Shown piece by piece: positions 20,395-29,210 of a DNA stretch of 64,000 nt. Source of the DNA: Atribacterota bacterium (lineage in GTDB: Bacteria > Atribacterota > Phoenicimicrobiia > Phoenicimicrobiales > Stramentimicrobiaceae); contig JAQVMU010000001.1 in the NCBI GenBank assembly GCA_028703475.1, positions 44,436 through 108,435 on the forward strand. Direction: 5' to 3'. Both the position numbers and the translations under genes were made by a program. Position 1 is the first letter of the stretch. The number at the start of each line of letters is the position of its first letter. The notes beneath the pieces were generated by a model. That model was not told where the DNA came from and searched no databases. It worked only from the letters and a program-made list of their open reading frames with translations.

Positions 20395-20928
20395 TTAGTA
20401 CAAACCTTTACTGACTAAAATATTAATTCTTCCATTTTTTTCAATTTGTTCTCCCGGACCAGGGGTCTGAGCAATTATCATACCCTGAGATAATTGATGG
20501 TGCATTGAATATGCAATACTACCAATCTGGTAACCTGTTTCAGATAATAAAAATTCAGCTTCCTGGACAGTTTTCCCTATTAAATTTGGTATTTGATTTG
20601 CAGCTATTGATGTTCTTACTTCAACTGCTACACTGCGATTCTTTTTTATCTCTTTCCCTGGAAAAGGATTCTGGCTTACTACATAAAGATTTCCCCCTTT
20701 AGAAAAAAGAGGTTCATCGATAATCTCCATCTTTAAACCTGCTTTATTTAAAATATCATGGGCATCCTTAATCTCCATATCAAGTACAGAGGGGACATTT
20801 ACATTTGGTATATAAAATACGGTTTGATAAGTTAAAAAAGCCACATATCCACCCATGGCTACTGTTCCGAATATAACAGCCATTATTACTATAAAACGAA
20901 AAATTCCCGAAAATAGCTTTAAAAACAT
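20395..20928 (-). CDS. Membrane-anchored stand-alone PASTA-domain protein (two PASTA repeats, no kinase or PBP domain)
   Basis: N-terminal TM helix followed by two PASTA-like repeats of about 65 aa (VPSVLDMEIKDAHDILNKAGLK... and IPNLIGKTVQEAEFLLSETGYQ...). Confidence 0.7.
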   Translation of the reverse strand: MFLKLFSGIFRFIVIMAVIFGTVAMGGYVAFLTYQTVFYIPNVNVPSVLDMEIKDAHDILNKAGLKMEIIDEPLFSKGGNLYVVSQNPFPGKEIKKNRSVAVEVRTSIAANQIPNLIGKTVQEAEFLLSETGYQIGSIAYSMHHQLSQGMIIAQTPGPGEQIEKNGRINILVSKGLY

Positions 20929-20942
20929 ACTCTTGTCCTATT

Positions 20943-22313
20943 CTAATTGTCTTTTACAAGTTTTACCATATAGAAGCCATCAATATCGTCTCCTGAAAAA
21001 CCGGGTAAAAGTTGTATTGATTCCTTTATCTCTGTGCTATATTTTTTCACACTATATTTTTTTATAAAAGAAGAACTGTCCTGCACAGTATATTGCTTAT
21101 TATGTTTAAGGAAGTCCATGATTAACAAGTCATTCTCTTCTCTTTCCATACTGCATGTTGAGTAAAGCAATTCTCCTCCATTTTTTACATATTTTGAGGC
21201 AATATTAAGAATATTCATCTGTAATTCATTTAAAATCCTTATTTGCTTGCTGTTTATATTCTTCCACTTGATATCCGGCTTTTTCCTGATAACTCCGGTC
21301 CCGGTACATGGTACATCTGCCAGTACTTTATCAGCCTTTTCAAAATAATCTTCCTTATAATCAGCTGCATTTCCCTTTTTAGTTTCCACAATATCAATAT
21401 CAAGTCTCTTGCATTCCTCTCTCACCATTTGAAGCCTTTTAGGGTTTTTTTCCAGGGCAATAATTCTCCCCTTATTAGCCATCAACTGTGCCATATGAGT
21501 AGTCTTTCCTCCCGGTCCGCTGCACATATCAATAATAAGCTGACCTGGTAAAGGATTCAAAAACCTGGATGCCAGGGCAGAGCTTTCATCCTGGATAGAA
21601 AATAACCCATCTTTAAATATTTTTAAACTGGCAACATCGGTTAAATTCTCAAGAAATATTATTTCAGAAGGAATATATTTACCTTCTTTGAATATAATAT
21701 CCCCTTCAGATAACACTTTTTTTAACTCCGCCATATTAATTTTTAGACTATTTGCCCGTATACTTGTATTTGGTTTTTTATTCATAGTCTTACAGATAAC
21801 TTCACATAATTCTAAACCAAACCTCTTTATCCACCTATCTATCAGCCAGTTAGGAAATGAATAAACCACGGAAATATATTCTACAGGATCTTTTGATATA
21901 TCTGGCCAATCAAAATTACCGAATTTTCTGATTATATTCCTTAATACCCCATTAACTAAATTTGAATATTTAAAATGCTTTCTTTCTTTAGTCAATTTTA
22001 CTGCTTCATTGACAATAGCATAATCAGGTACCTTATCTAAAAAGATAATCTGGTAAACACTCATTCTTAAAATATTTTGAATTACAAAAGGCAGTTTTTT
22101 ATTTTGTATTTTAAGAAATTGAAAAATAATCCAATCTAATTTTTTTCTAAATCGGGTTACACCATAGGTTGTCTCCTGCAGGAAAGCCCTATCTTCTTTT
22201 TTAAAGGAATAATTATTTAAATAATACTGAACCAGGATATTTAAATAAGAATTCTTTTCTTCCACCCTTACAAGTATTTCTAATATTACGTCTCTTATAT
22301 TTTCTGCTTTCAA
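20943..22313 (-). CDS. rsmB: 16S rRNA (cytosine967-C5)-methyltransferase RsmB (NusB-like N-terminal domain plus SAM methyltransferase)
   Basis: SAM-binding DMCSGPGGKT. Catalytic DVPCTGTG and PK motifs. NusB-like N-terminus. Follows fmt as in conserved synteny. Confidence 0.85.
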   Translation of the reverse strand: MKAENIRDVILEILVRVEEKNSYLNILVQYYLNNYSFKKEDRAFLQETTYGVTRFRKKLDWIIFQFLKIQNKKLPFVIQNILRMSVYQIIFLDKVPDYAIVNEAVKLTKERKHFKYSNLVNGVLRNIIRKFGNFDWPDISKDPVEYISVVYSFPNWLIDRWIKRFGLELCEVICKTMNKKPNTSIRANSLKINMAELKKVLSEGDIIFKEGKYIPSEIIFLENLTDVASLKIFKDGLFSIQDESSALASRFLNPLPGQLIIDMCSGPGGKTTHMAQLMANKGRIIALEKNPKRLQMVREECKRLDIDIVETKKGNAADYKEDYFEKADKVLADVPCTGTGVIRKKPDIKWKNINSKQIRILNELQMNILNIASKYVKNGGELLYSTCSMEREENDLLIMDFLKHNKQYTVQDSSSFIKKYSVKKYSTEIKESIQLLPGFSGDDIDGFYMVKLVKDN

Positions 22314-22383
22314 GTTTTACATTCCTTTTTATTTTACCATGCAAATAACATCACTTTTTATTCAATAATTGCAATAAACCAGG

Positions 22384-23352
22384 TTAATATTCAAATGAAT
22401 CTTCTACAGTAATTTTGTAACCGTTAATAAATTGAGAGACATCCATCTCTTTAGAACCAGGCAGAATAAGACGCTTTATTACTATGCTATCATCATCTCC
22501 CGTTAATACTTGTATACCTTTCTTACTTACATCTATTATATCTCCCGGCCTTTGGCTCTGTTTGATATGATTTGTGTTTTCCAGTGTAACCAAAGATGCT
22601 TTGGTTATTTTGATTCTTTTGCCTTTAAATTCAGTATAAGCGCAAGGAATATAGGCAATTCCTCTAATAAGGTTAAAAATGTCCTTACCGGTTTTACTCC
22701 AATCGATTCTACAGTCATCCTTGCATATTTTTCTTGCATAAAAATATTCTCCCTCTGCCTGGGAATACTTTTTATAATTGCCTTTTTTTAAACTATCAAG
22801 TATATCGGGTAGCATTTCCGCACTCTGAATGGAAAGTCTGTTACTTAATTCCAGATAATTTTCTCCGGGCAATATATTCACTTTTTTTTGTAAAATAATA
22901 TCTCCCGAATCAATCTTCTCACTCATAAATAAAAAACTTATACCGGTTTCTTTCTCACCCCGTATGATTGTCCACTGGACAGGTGCAGAACCTTTATAAT
23001 ATGGTAATAAGGATGGATGAATATTCAGACATCCCTGTACTGGTATTCCTAATACGTTCCTGGACAGTATCTGACCATAGGCAATTAAAACAATCAAGTC
23101 CGGTGAAAGTTCTTTAATTTTTTTAACGGAATCCCCGGAATTAATACTTTCTGGCTGATACAGGCTTAGTCCTGCATTGATGGCAGCCTCTTTTATAGGG
23201 GAAGGCTGCAGCTTTTTACCTCTTCCTGCCGGCCTATCCGGCTGAGTAATAACTGTTACTATCTCTTCTTCCAAAGAGATTAATTTTTCTAATACAGGAA
23301 CTCCGAATGCTGCTGTTCCTACAAATATAATTCTCACAACAAACCTCCTCAA
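22384..23352 (-). CDS. fmt: Methionyl-tRNA formyltransferase
   Basis: N-terminal formyltransferase domain (IIFVGT...NIHPSLLPYYKG) and position downstream of def. Confidence 0.9.
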   Translation of the reverse strand: MRRFVVRIIFVGTAAFGVPVLEKLISLEEEIVTVITQPDRPAGRGKKLQPSPIKEAAINAGLSLYQPESINSGDSVKKIKELSPDLIVLIAYGQILSRNVLGIPVQGCLNIHPSLLPYYKGSAPVQWTIIRGEKETGISFLFMSEKIDSGDIILQKKVNILPGENYLELSNRLSIQSAEMLPDILDSLKKGNYKKYSQAEGEYFYARKICKDDCRIDWSKTGKDIFNLIRGIAYIPCAYTEFKGKRIKITKASLVTLENTNHIKQSQRPGDIIDVSKKGIQVLTGDDDSIVIKRLILPGSKEMDVSQFINGYKITVEDSFEY

Positions 23353-23357
23353 ACAGG

Positions 23358-23843
23358 CTATTTAATCTCTTTTAGCTGATTTTTAATCATTATCCTTTTT
23401 GCAGGTCCAAGCCTATCTATAAAAAGATATCCCTCTAAATGGTCTATCTCATGCTGTAAGGCAATAGCCAAAAACCCTTCCCGGGTAATTTGAATCTTCT
23501 TTTCATCTAAATCAATTGCTTCTACAGTGACCGAGTATGATCTTTTTACCGGTGAATAGATTCCGGGCACACTTAAGCATCCCTCTTCTTCACTGGTTTC
23601 TCCCTCTCGTTTAACAATTTCAGGATTTATCAAGACAATGGGACCTTTATCCTCTGTATCAATTACAATTATTTTTTTGGAAACACCAACCTGGGGAGCA
23701 GCCAAACCAGCTCCTCCTTCGGCATACATTGTCTCAATCATATTGTTTACTAATTCCCTGATTTCATCATCAATTTTAGTTACCGGCATAGCCTTTTCTC
23801 TTAAAACCGGAGAACCATATTTGTGTAATCTTAAAATAGCCAT
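23358..23843 (-). CDS. def: Peptide deformylase
   Basis: The three PDF motifs GLAAPQVG, EGCLS and HEIDHL. Confidence 0.9.
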   Translation of the reverse strand: MAILRLHKYGSPVLREKAMPVTKIDDEIRELVNNMIETMYAEGGAGLAAPQVGVSKKIIVIDTEDKGPIVLINPEIVKREGETSEEEGCLSVPGIYSPVKRSYSVTVEAIDLDEKKIQITREGFLAIALQHEIDHLEGYLFIDRLGPAKRIMIKNQLKEIK

Positions 23844-23852
23844 TTCCTACTC

Positions 23853-25907
23853 CTAATACATTTTCATTGGATTAACATCAATTATTAATTTTACATCATG
23901 TGACCGATATTTTGAAATATATTTGGATAAACTGTCTTTAAAAAAATCCAGATCATTTTTTTCAGTATTTATCCTCATAATAAAACTTACCTTGCTATTA
24001 TATTTCTCCCGCGTAATAACTATATTATCCTTATCCAGTTGAAATCCTAATTCATATTTATTTATCAAATCAAGATGATTAAAGTATTGAATTAACTCGT
24101 CTGCATTTTTTTTTACATTTTCTCTTTTTTTTCCTAAAAAATCAATTTTTATCATCTGAGTAAAAGGGGGATAATCAAGCTCTTTCCTGATTAATAACTC
24201 CTGTTGATAGAATAACCTGTAGTTAATTTTTTCGATAGCCTGCAGACTATAATGTTCAGGCTGATAACTCTGTATTAATATCTTTTTTGCATCTTTTCTG
24301 GTACTATATTTCAAAGCCAGATTATAAATAAACTGAAATGTTAATTCAGCTGACCGGTAATCAGGGATATTAAGCAGATAATCCGCTAAAATTAATCCTA
24401 ACAGACCTACATTATCATATTTTACCTGCCTGAAAATAATCTGGGTTCCTATTAAAATATCAATTTTTCCTCTGTTAAATTCATTTATTATTTTTTTCTG
24501 TTCAATGGCACCGGGTGCATTATCGATATCAAGTCGACTGACAGTAGCTTTAGGAAACATTCTTTTTGTTAGCGCCTCTACATGTTGAGTTCCTGCTCCA
24601 ACCGGTTTTATTCTTCCTTTACCACACTTGGGACAATACTCTTCCATTCTTACTCTTTTTCCACACATATGACATAGAACAGATTTAATCTCACCAGTAA
24701 TGTGATAGGCTAAAATGTGATTACATTCGGGACATTTTATTACATGACCGCATTGAGAACAAACCATATGCCCGGCAAATCCACGCCTGTTTAAAAATAG
24801 TATGACTTTTTCACCTTTTTTCAGGCATTGGAGGATATTTTGTTGTAACTCGAAACTTATAATTCGCTGATATGCTTTCTCCTCTTTCAAGTCAACTAAT
24901 TTTATCTCAGGAAATATTTTCTGAGAATGTATCATTCGTTTTTCAGTTTTTAAAATATACTTATTATTTTCTGCACACCAATAACTATCCACTGAGGGAG
25001 TATGACTGCTTAGAATTACCTCTATTTTCTCTAATTTTCCCCTGCTTAAGGCAACATGTTTGGCATTATAGCGGGGCATTCTTTCTTCCTTATATAATAA
25101 TGAGTTTTCCTGCTCAACAATAATCAATCCTAAATCCTTAAAAGGAAGAAATATATTGGACCTGGTTCCAATTACTACATCCACATCACCTCTTTTTGCC
25201 TTCAGGAATCGAATATATTTTTCTGTTTGACTCACTTTTTTGTCAAATATCCCCAATTTAGCTCCATACCTGTTCGCCAGTTTCTTTTTTAATTCAGCAC
25301 AACACCATTGGTCTGGAACCATAATAAAAACCTGTCTTTTTCTCTGCAGTACCCTATTAATACATTTCCTGTAGAAACGATCTCTCAGGTTATGATTATT
25401 ATAATGAAACAAAAATGGTTTATCAGGGGCATCATTGTATTGCAATTCACTGTTTTCAGGCAAGGGGAATTGATTTTCTTTCTCTTCAAGAGTACTGATA
25501 CCATTATTTACCATGTTAATATCAACACCTGGTTGAGATTGGTTGTCTACTCCATTCTGAAGAAAAGCTAATATTTTTTTTCTTGATATCTTGGTAGGAA
25601 CAATATAATTCACAACAGTCCCTATTGGACATATATAATACCTGGAAATCCAGTCAGCCAAATCCAAAATTGATTCGGTTATTACAGGAATAGGGTCAAT
25701 TACCTCTTCAATATTTTTCAGGCTGGTAATATTGGTCTGGTAAATTTTTTTGGTAATAACACCGACTATCTGCTTATTTCTGAATGGAATTTTTACTCTT
25801 TTACCAATATCAGCTATATCCTCCATCTCAGGAGGTATATAATAATGAAAACCTTTGGTTAAATTGTTCCTTAATGGAATTATTTCTGCTACACTTTTCC
25901 TGCTCAT
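23853..25907 (-). CDS. priA: Primosomal protein N' (PriA) homologue whose Walker A, Walker B and motif VI are degenerate
   Basis: N-terminal 3'-DNA-binding domain. Zn-binding Cys cluster (CSQCGHVIKCPECN...CHMCG...CPKCG). Helicase motifs III, IV (ILFLNRRGFAG) and V (IDILIGTQII) are present. Motif I reads NNHNLRDRFY instead of GxxGSGKT, motif II reads VEQEN instead of DEEH, and motif VI reads NLALKYSTR instead of QVAGRAGR. Confidence 0.8.
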   Translation of the reverse strand: MSRKSVAEIIPLRNNLTKGFHYYIPPEMEDIADIGKRVKIPFRNKQIVGVITKKIYQTNITSLKNIEEVIDPIPVITESILDLADWISRYYICPIGTVVNYIVPTKISRKKILAFLQNGVDNQSQPGVDINMVNNGISTLEEKENQFPLPENSELQYNDAPDKPFLFHYNNHNLRDRFYRKCINRVLQRKRQVFIMVPDQWCCAELKKKLANRYGAKLGIFDKKVSQTEKYIRFLKAKRGDVDVVIGTRSNIFLPFKDLGLIIVEQENSLLYKEERMPRYNAKHVALSRGKLEKIEVILSSHTPSVDSYWCAENNKYILKTEKRMIHSQKIFPEIKLVDLKEEKAYQRIISFELQQNILQCLKKGEKVILFLNRRGFAGHMVCSQCGHVIKCPECNHILAYHITGEIKSVLCHMCGKRVRMEEYCPKCGKGRIKPVGAGTQHVEALTKRMFPKATVSRLDIDNAPGAIEQKKIINEFNRGKIDILIGTQIIFRQVKYDNVGLLGLILADYLLNIPDYRSAELTFQFIYNLALKYSTRKDAKKILIQSYQPEHYSLQAIEKINYRLFYQQELLIRKELDYPPFTQMIKIDFLGKKRENVKKNADELIQYFNHLDLINKYELGFQLDKDNIVITREKYNSKVSFIMRINTEKNDLDFFKDSLSKYISKYRSHDVKLIIDVNPMKMY

Positions 25908-27154
25908 TACAACAACATACCATTATGTCGGTTGCTAAGTTTTATTTCTATAATATTAAGAATATGTTCAGCTAACTTGTGCTTGGACATCAGTGGTAAA
26001 TCCTTTTTCTCACCTTCATTGTCAATAATTATAACTTTATTGGTATTAGTTCCAAATCCACTGTCTTTTCGGGTTATATCATTAGCTATGATATAGTCTA
26101 ACTTTTTTGTTTTTAATTTTGTTAACGCATTCTCCAGCAAATCCTGGGCTTCAGCAGCGAACCCTACTAATATCTGGTTTGTTTTTTTCTCTCCTGCCTC
26201 TTTCAAAATATCGATATTCTTTGCAAGCTTAACAGTAAATGTTTCCTGCCCTTCTTTTTTAATTTTTCCGGAATACTGTTTAACAGGTTTAAAATCTGCT
26301 ACAGCGGCTGCTGATATAAATACATCTGAATCCATAAAATAATTCATTACCTGTTTTCTCATCTCTTCTGCTGTAATAACATGGATTGTCCTGGCTCCAG
26401 GAGGATCCTGTAAACAGGTAGGACCGGTAATAAGTGTTACATCTGCACCATAGTTTACAGCTGTCTCAGCTAAGGCAAATCCCATCTTGCCGGTAGAATA
26501 ATTTGTTATAAACCTTACCCTGTCAATCGGTTCTCTTGTTGCAGAGGCTGATATTAATATTTTTTTATCTTTTAAATTATTCTTTCTGTTAATTTGCCCT
26601 TTTATAAAATTTACTATGTGAACAGGTTCAGCCATACGCCCATCTCCGTAATCCCCGCAAGCCAGATTGCCTGTTTCTGCATTAATAAAGTAATATCCCT
26701 TTTCTGTTAAGTATTTGACATTATCCTGATAAATAGAGTTATTTATCATTACAGTATTCATTGCAGGAGCCAGGTATACTTTTCCCGGAAAAGCCAATAC
26801 AGTTGAGGTTAATATATCATCTGCCATCCCGTTAGCCATTTTGGCAATAGTATTTGCCGTAGCAGGAGCAATGATTATCAAATCAGCCCATTGAGCCAGT
26901 GAGATATGCCGGATTTCCTCCTCTTCCCTGTTAACAGAAAACAACTCAGTATATACCCTGTTTTCACTTAAAACCGCCAGGGTAAGGGGCGTAATAAAAC
27001 GCTCTGCGTTGTTGGTCATCATTACCTTAATGCTGTGCCCTTCTTTTTTTAATAATCGTATTAATTCAGCACTCTTATAAGCTGCTATTCCACCTGTTAT
27101 TCCAATAACAATATTTATTTTTTTATTATTTTCTTTTTCTTTTTCTTCAAACAT
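25907..27154 (-). CDS. coaBC: Bifunctional phosphopantothenoylcysteine decarboxylase / phosphopantothenate-cysteine ligase
   Basis: N-terminal flavoprotein domain (GITGGIAAYKSAELIR). C-terminal CoaB domain. Position upstream of priA. Confidence 0.88.
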   Translation of the reverse strand: MFEEKEKENNKKINIVIGITGGIAAYKSAELIRLLKKEGHSIKVMMTNNAERFITPLTLAVLSENRVYTELFSVNREEEEIRHISLAQWADLIIIAPATANTIAKMANGMADDILTSTVLAFPGKVYLAPAMNTVMINNSIYQDNVKYLTEKGYYFINAETGNLACGDYGDGRMAEPVHIVNFIKGQINRKNNLKDKKILISASATREPIDRVRFITNYSTGKMGFALAETAVNYGADVTLITGPTCLQDPPGARTIHVITAEEMRKQVMNYFMDSDVFISAAAVADFKPVKQYSGKIKKEGQETFTVKLAKNIDILKEAGEKKTNQILVGFAAEAQDLLENALTKLKTKKLDYIIANDITRKDSGFGTNTNKVIIIDNEGEKKDLPLMSKHKLAEHILNIIEIKLSNRHNGMLL

Positions 27155-27265
27155 ATTCCTGACCGGTATCTTTCACTAAAATTGTATTACTTAAATATGA
27201 TAATTCGTTTTATAATCATTATTTTAATAATACCATATATAACAAATAATATAAAAACTATAGTC

Positions 27266-27877
27266 TCATAATTTAAAATCAGACAGCCCATCTCTTACCC
27301 TGCACCTTTCGGCAATTATAATGCACTTCAGTTCCTTTAATGCCTCGAGGAGGTGATTATTAATTACCAGATAATCATAGTGTTTTATCTGTTTTAGCTC
27401 AGAATGGGCATTATTAAGCCTTTTTTGAAGGATTTCCTCGTCTTCAGTATTTCTACCTCTTAACCTTTTTTCCAGCTTTTCCCAGGAAGGAGGCGCAATA
27501 AATATAAATATTCCCTGCGGAAATTTCTCTTTAAGCTGCAGAGCTCCCTGTACATCAATTTCTAAAACAAGATCTTTCCCCTGTTCCAAATTTTGTTTAA
27601 TAGTATTTAGCAAAGTTCCTTTATACTCACCATGAACCAATGCCCACTCAGCAAATTTCTCATCCTTTATATACTGTTTAAAGGTCTCCTCATTGACAAA
27701 ATAATAATCCCTGCCCTCTTCTTCATCTCTTCTTGGTTTCCTGGTTGTGACTGAAACAGAATAAGATAGATTGGATATCTGCTGAAATAGTTTTTCTCTC
27801 AAAGTTCCTTTACCTACTCCGGATGGTCCGGATATTACAAATAAATGTCCAGTCTTTTTTTTCATTTTTTCTTCCAA
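27266..27877 (-). CDS. gmk: Guanylate kinase
   Basis: P-loop GPSGVGKGT and length of about 200 aa. Follows remA and yicC as in Firmicutes. Confidence 0.9.
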   Translation of the reverse strand: MEEKMKKKTGHLFVISGPSGVGKGTLREKLFQQISNLSYSVSVTTRKPRRDEEEGRDYYFVNEETFKQYIKDEKFAEWALVHGEYKGTLLNTIKQNLEQGKDLVLEIDVQGALQLKEKFPQGIFIFIAPPSWEKLEKRLRGRNTEDEEILQKRLNNAHSELKQIKHYDYLVINNHLLEALKELKCIIIAERCRVRDGLSDFKL

Positions 27878-27882
27878 ACTAT

Positions 27883-28140
27883 TCAGTCATTGTTATCTTT
27901 TTTCTGATAACTGGCTAACCGGTTAATAATAGTTTCAGGCTGTAATGCTGATAAGATAACCTGGTTGCTGTCTGTTATCAGAATAGAGCGAGTCCTGCGG
28001 CCATAAGTTGCATTAATCAGTTTTTTTTCTTGTTTTGCTTCTTCCCGCAATCTTTTCATCGGGGCAGAATCAGGGTCCAGGATAGCTATCACCCGATTTG
28101 AATTAACAAAATTTCCAAAACCTATATTCATCATAAACAT
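27883..28140 (-). CDS. remA: RemA/YlzA family (DUF370) small regulator
   Basis: 85 aa with [10 protein letters not shown] core typical of DUF370. Conserved position between yicC-family gene and gmk. Confidence 0.75.
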   Translation of the reverse strand: MFMMNIGFGNFVNSNRVIAILDPDSAPMKRLREEAKQEKKLINATYGRRTRSILITDSNQVILSALQPETIINRLASYQKKDNND

Positions 28141-28168
28141 ATTCTATAATTCTCCTGATTTATTTGAT

Positions 28169-29044
28169 TTATTCAATATTTCTTGACTGCTCCTTTATTT
28201 TTTCTAATTCATCTTTTATTCTAATTATTTTTGATGATATGCCTTTATGGTTAGATTTGGCACCCATTGTATTTATCTCCCTGCCTATTTCCTGGGTATA
28301 AAATTCTAACTTTCTACCAATAGGAGTTACATTTTTTGTAAGTCTTTTTAATTGGTTAAAATGACATTTAAGCCTGGTAATTTCTTCAGAGATATCACTC
28401 TTCTGAGCTAAAATAGAGACTTCCATTTCCAGTCTACCCTGGTCAAGAGTAACATCCTGGCCAATTTGCTGAATTCTTTGTTTTAATTTCTCCTGGTACT
28501 CCAAAAGGCACTCATCTTTATCTTTTTCTATTTGATTAACAACTGTTTTCATTTTTTCAATTCTTTTCAGAATATCATCAATCAGCTTATTTCCCTCTTC
28601 TTCCCGGCATATTATCAGATTGTCCAGTGCTTTTTCCAGAGATACTTTTATTGATTTCCATAAATCATCATTTTCTTCTTCTTTTTTAAAATCAAAAATC
28701 TCCTTAAAACGCAACAGTGATTCCAAATTAATCTCATCATTGATTTTACTGATTTCTTTTAACCTGTGTAAAGAATTCAGGTATGATTTTAGCAATTCTT
28801 CATTAAGTTGTATACTACTGATATTATCATTAGAAGATTCAGATTTTATCAATACATTTATACTTCCCCTGCTAATCCTTTTCTGAATAATATTTTCAAT
28901 TTTTTGCAGAACATCCAGTGATTGAATTGGCATCCTTACTTTAATATCACAATAGCGATTATTTACTGATTTTATTTCAGTCTTGGAAGTAATACCGTTT
29001 ATTACTGATTCTCCCATCCCAAAGCCAGTCATGCTCTTTGTCAA
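28169..29044 (-). CDS. yicC: YicC/YloC family stress-induced protein
   Basis: Characteristic N-terminus MTKSMTGFG. About 290 aa with a coiled-coil middle. Synteny with remA and gmk. Confidence 0.8.
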   Translation of the reverse strand: MTKSMTGFGMGESVINGITSKTEIKSVNNRYCDIKVRMPIQSLDVLQKIENIIQKRISRGSINVLIKSESSNDNISSIQLNEELLKSYLNSLHRLKEISKINDEINLESLLRFKEIFDFKKEEENDDLWKSIKVSLEKALDNLIICREEEGNKLIDDILKRIEKMKTVVNQIEKDKDECLLEYQEKLKQRIQQIGQDVTLDQGRLEMEVSILAQKSDISEEITRLKCHFNQLKRLTKNVTPIGRKLEFYTQEIGREINTMGAKSNHKGISSKIIRIKDELEKIKEQSRNIE

Positions 29045-29210
29045 TGATTTCTTCTCCTTTCCAGTCCGGTTATTTTACAATCATTTTAGGTAATTCATTT
29101 CTTGCTGTCAAATAAGTATTATAATTATATAACTTAAAAACTACTTGACCTAAAAGATTAAATGTATTATAAATTACCTGTAATAGAAATAAAAAGGTGT
29201 ATTTTATAGC

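Noticed and set aside
27155-27265. Possible hidden rpoZ small ORF between coaBC and gmk
   Set aside because: Manual translation of both strands gives only very short ORFs with nothing resembling the omega subunit.
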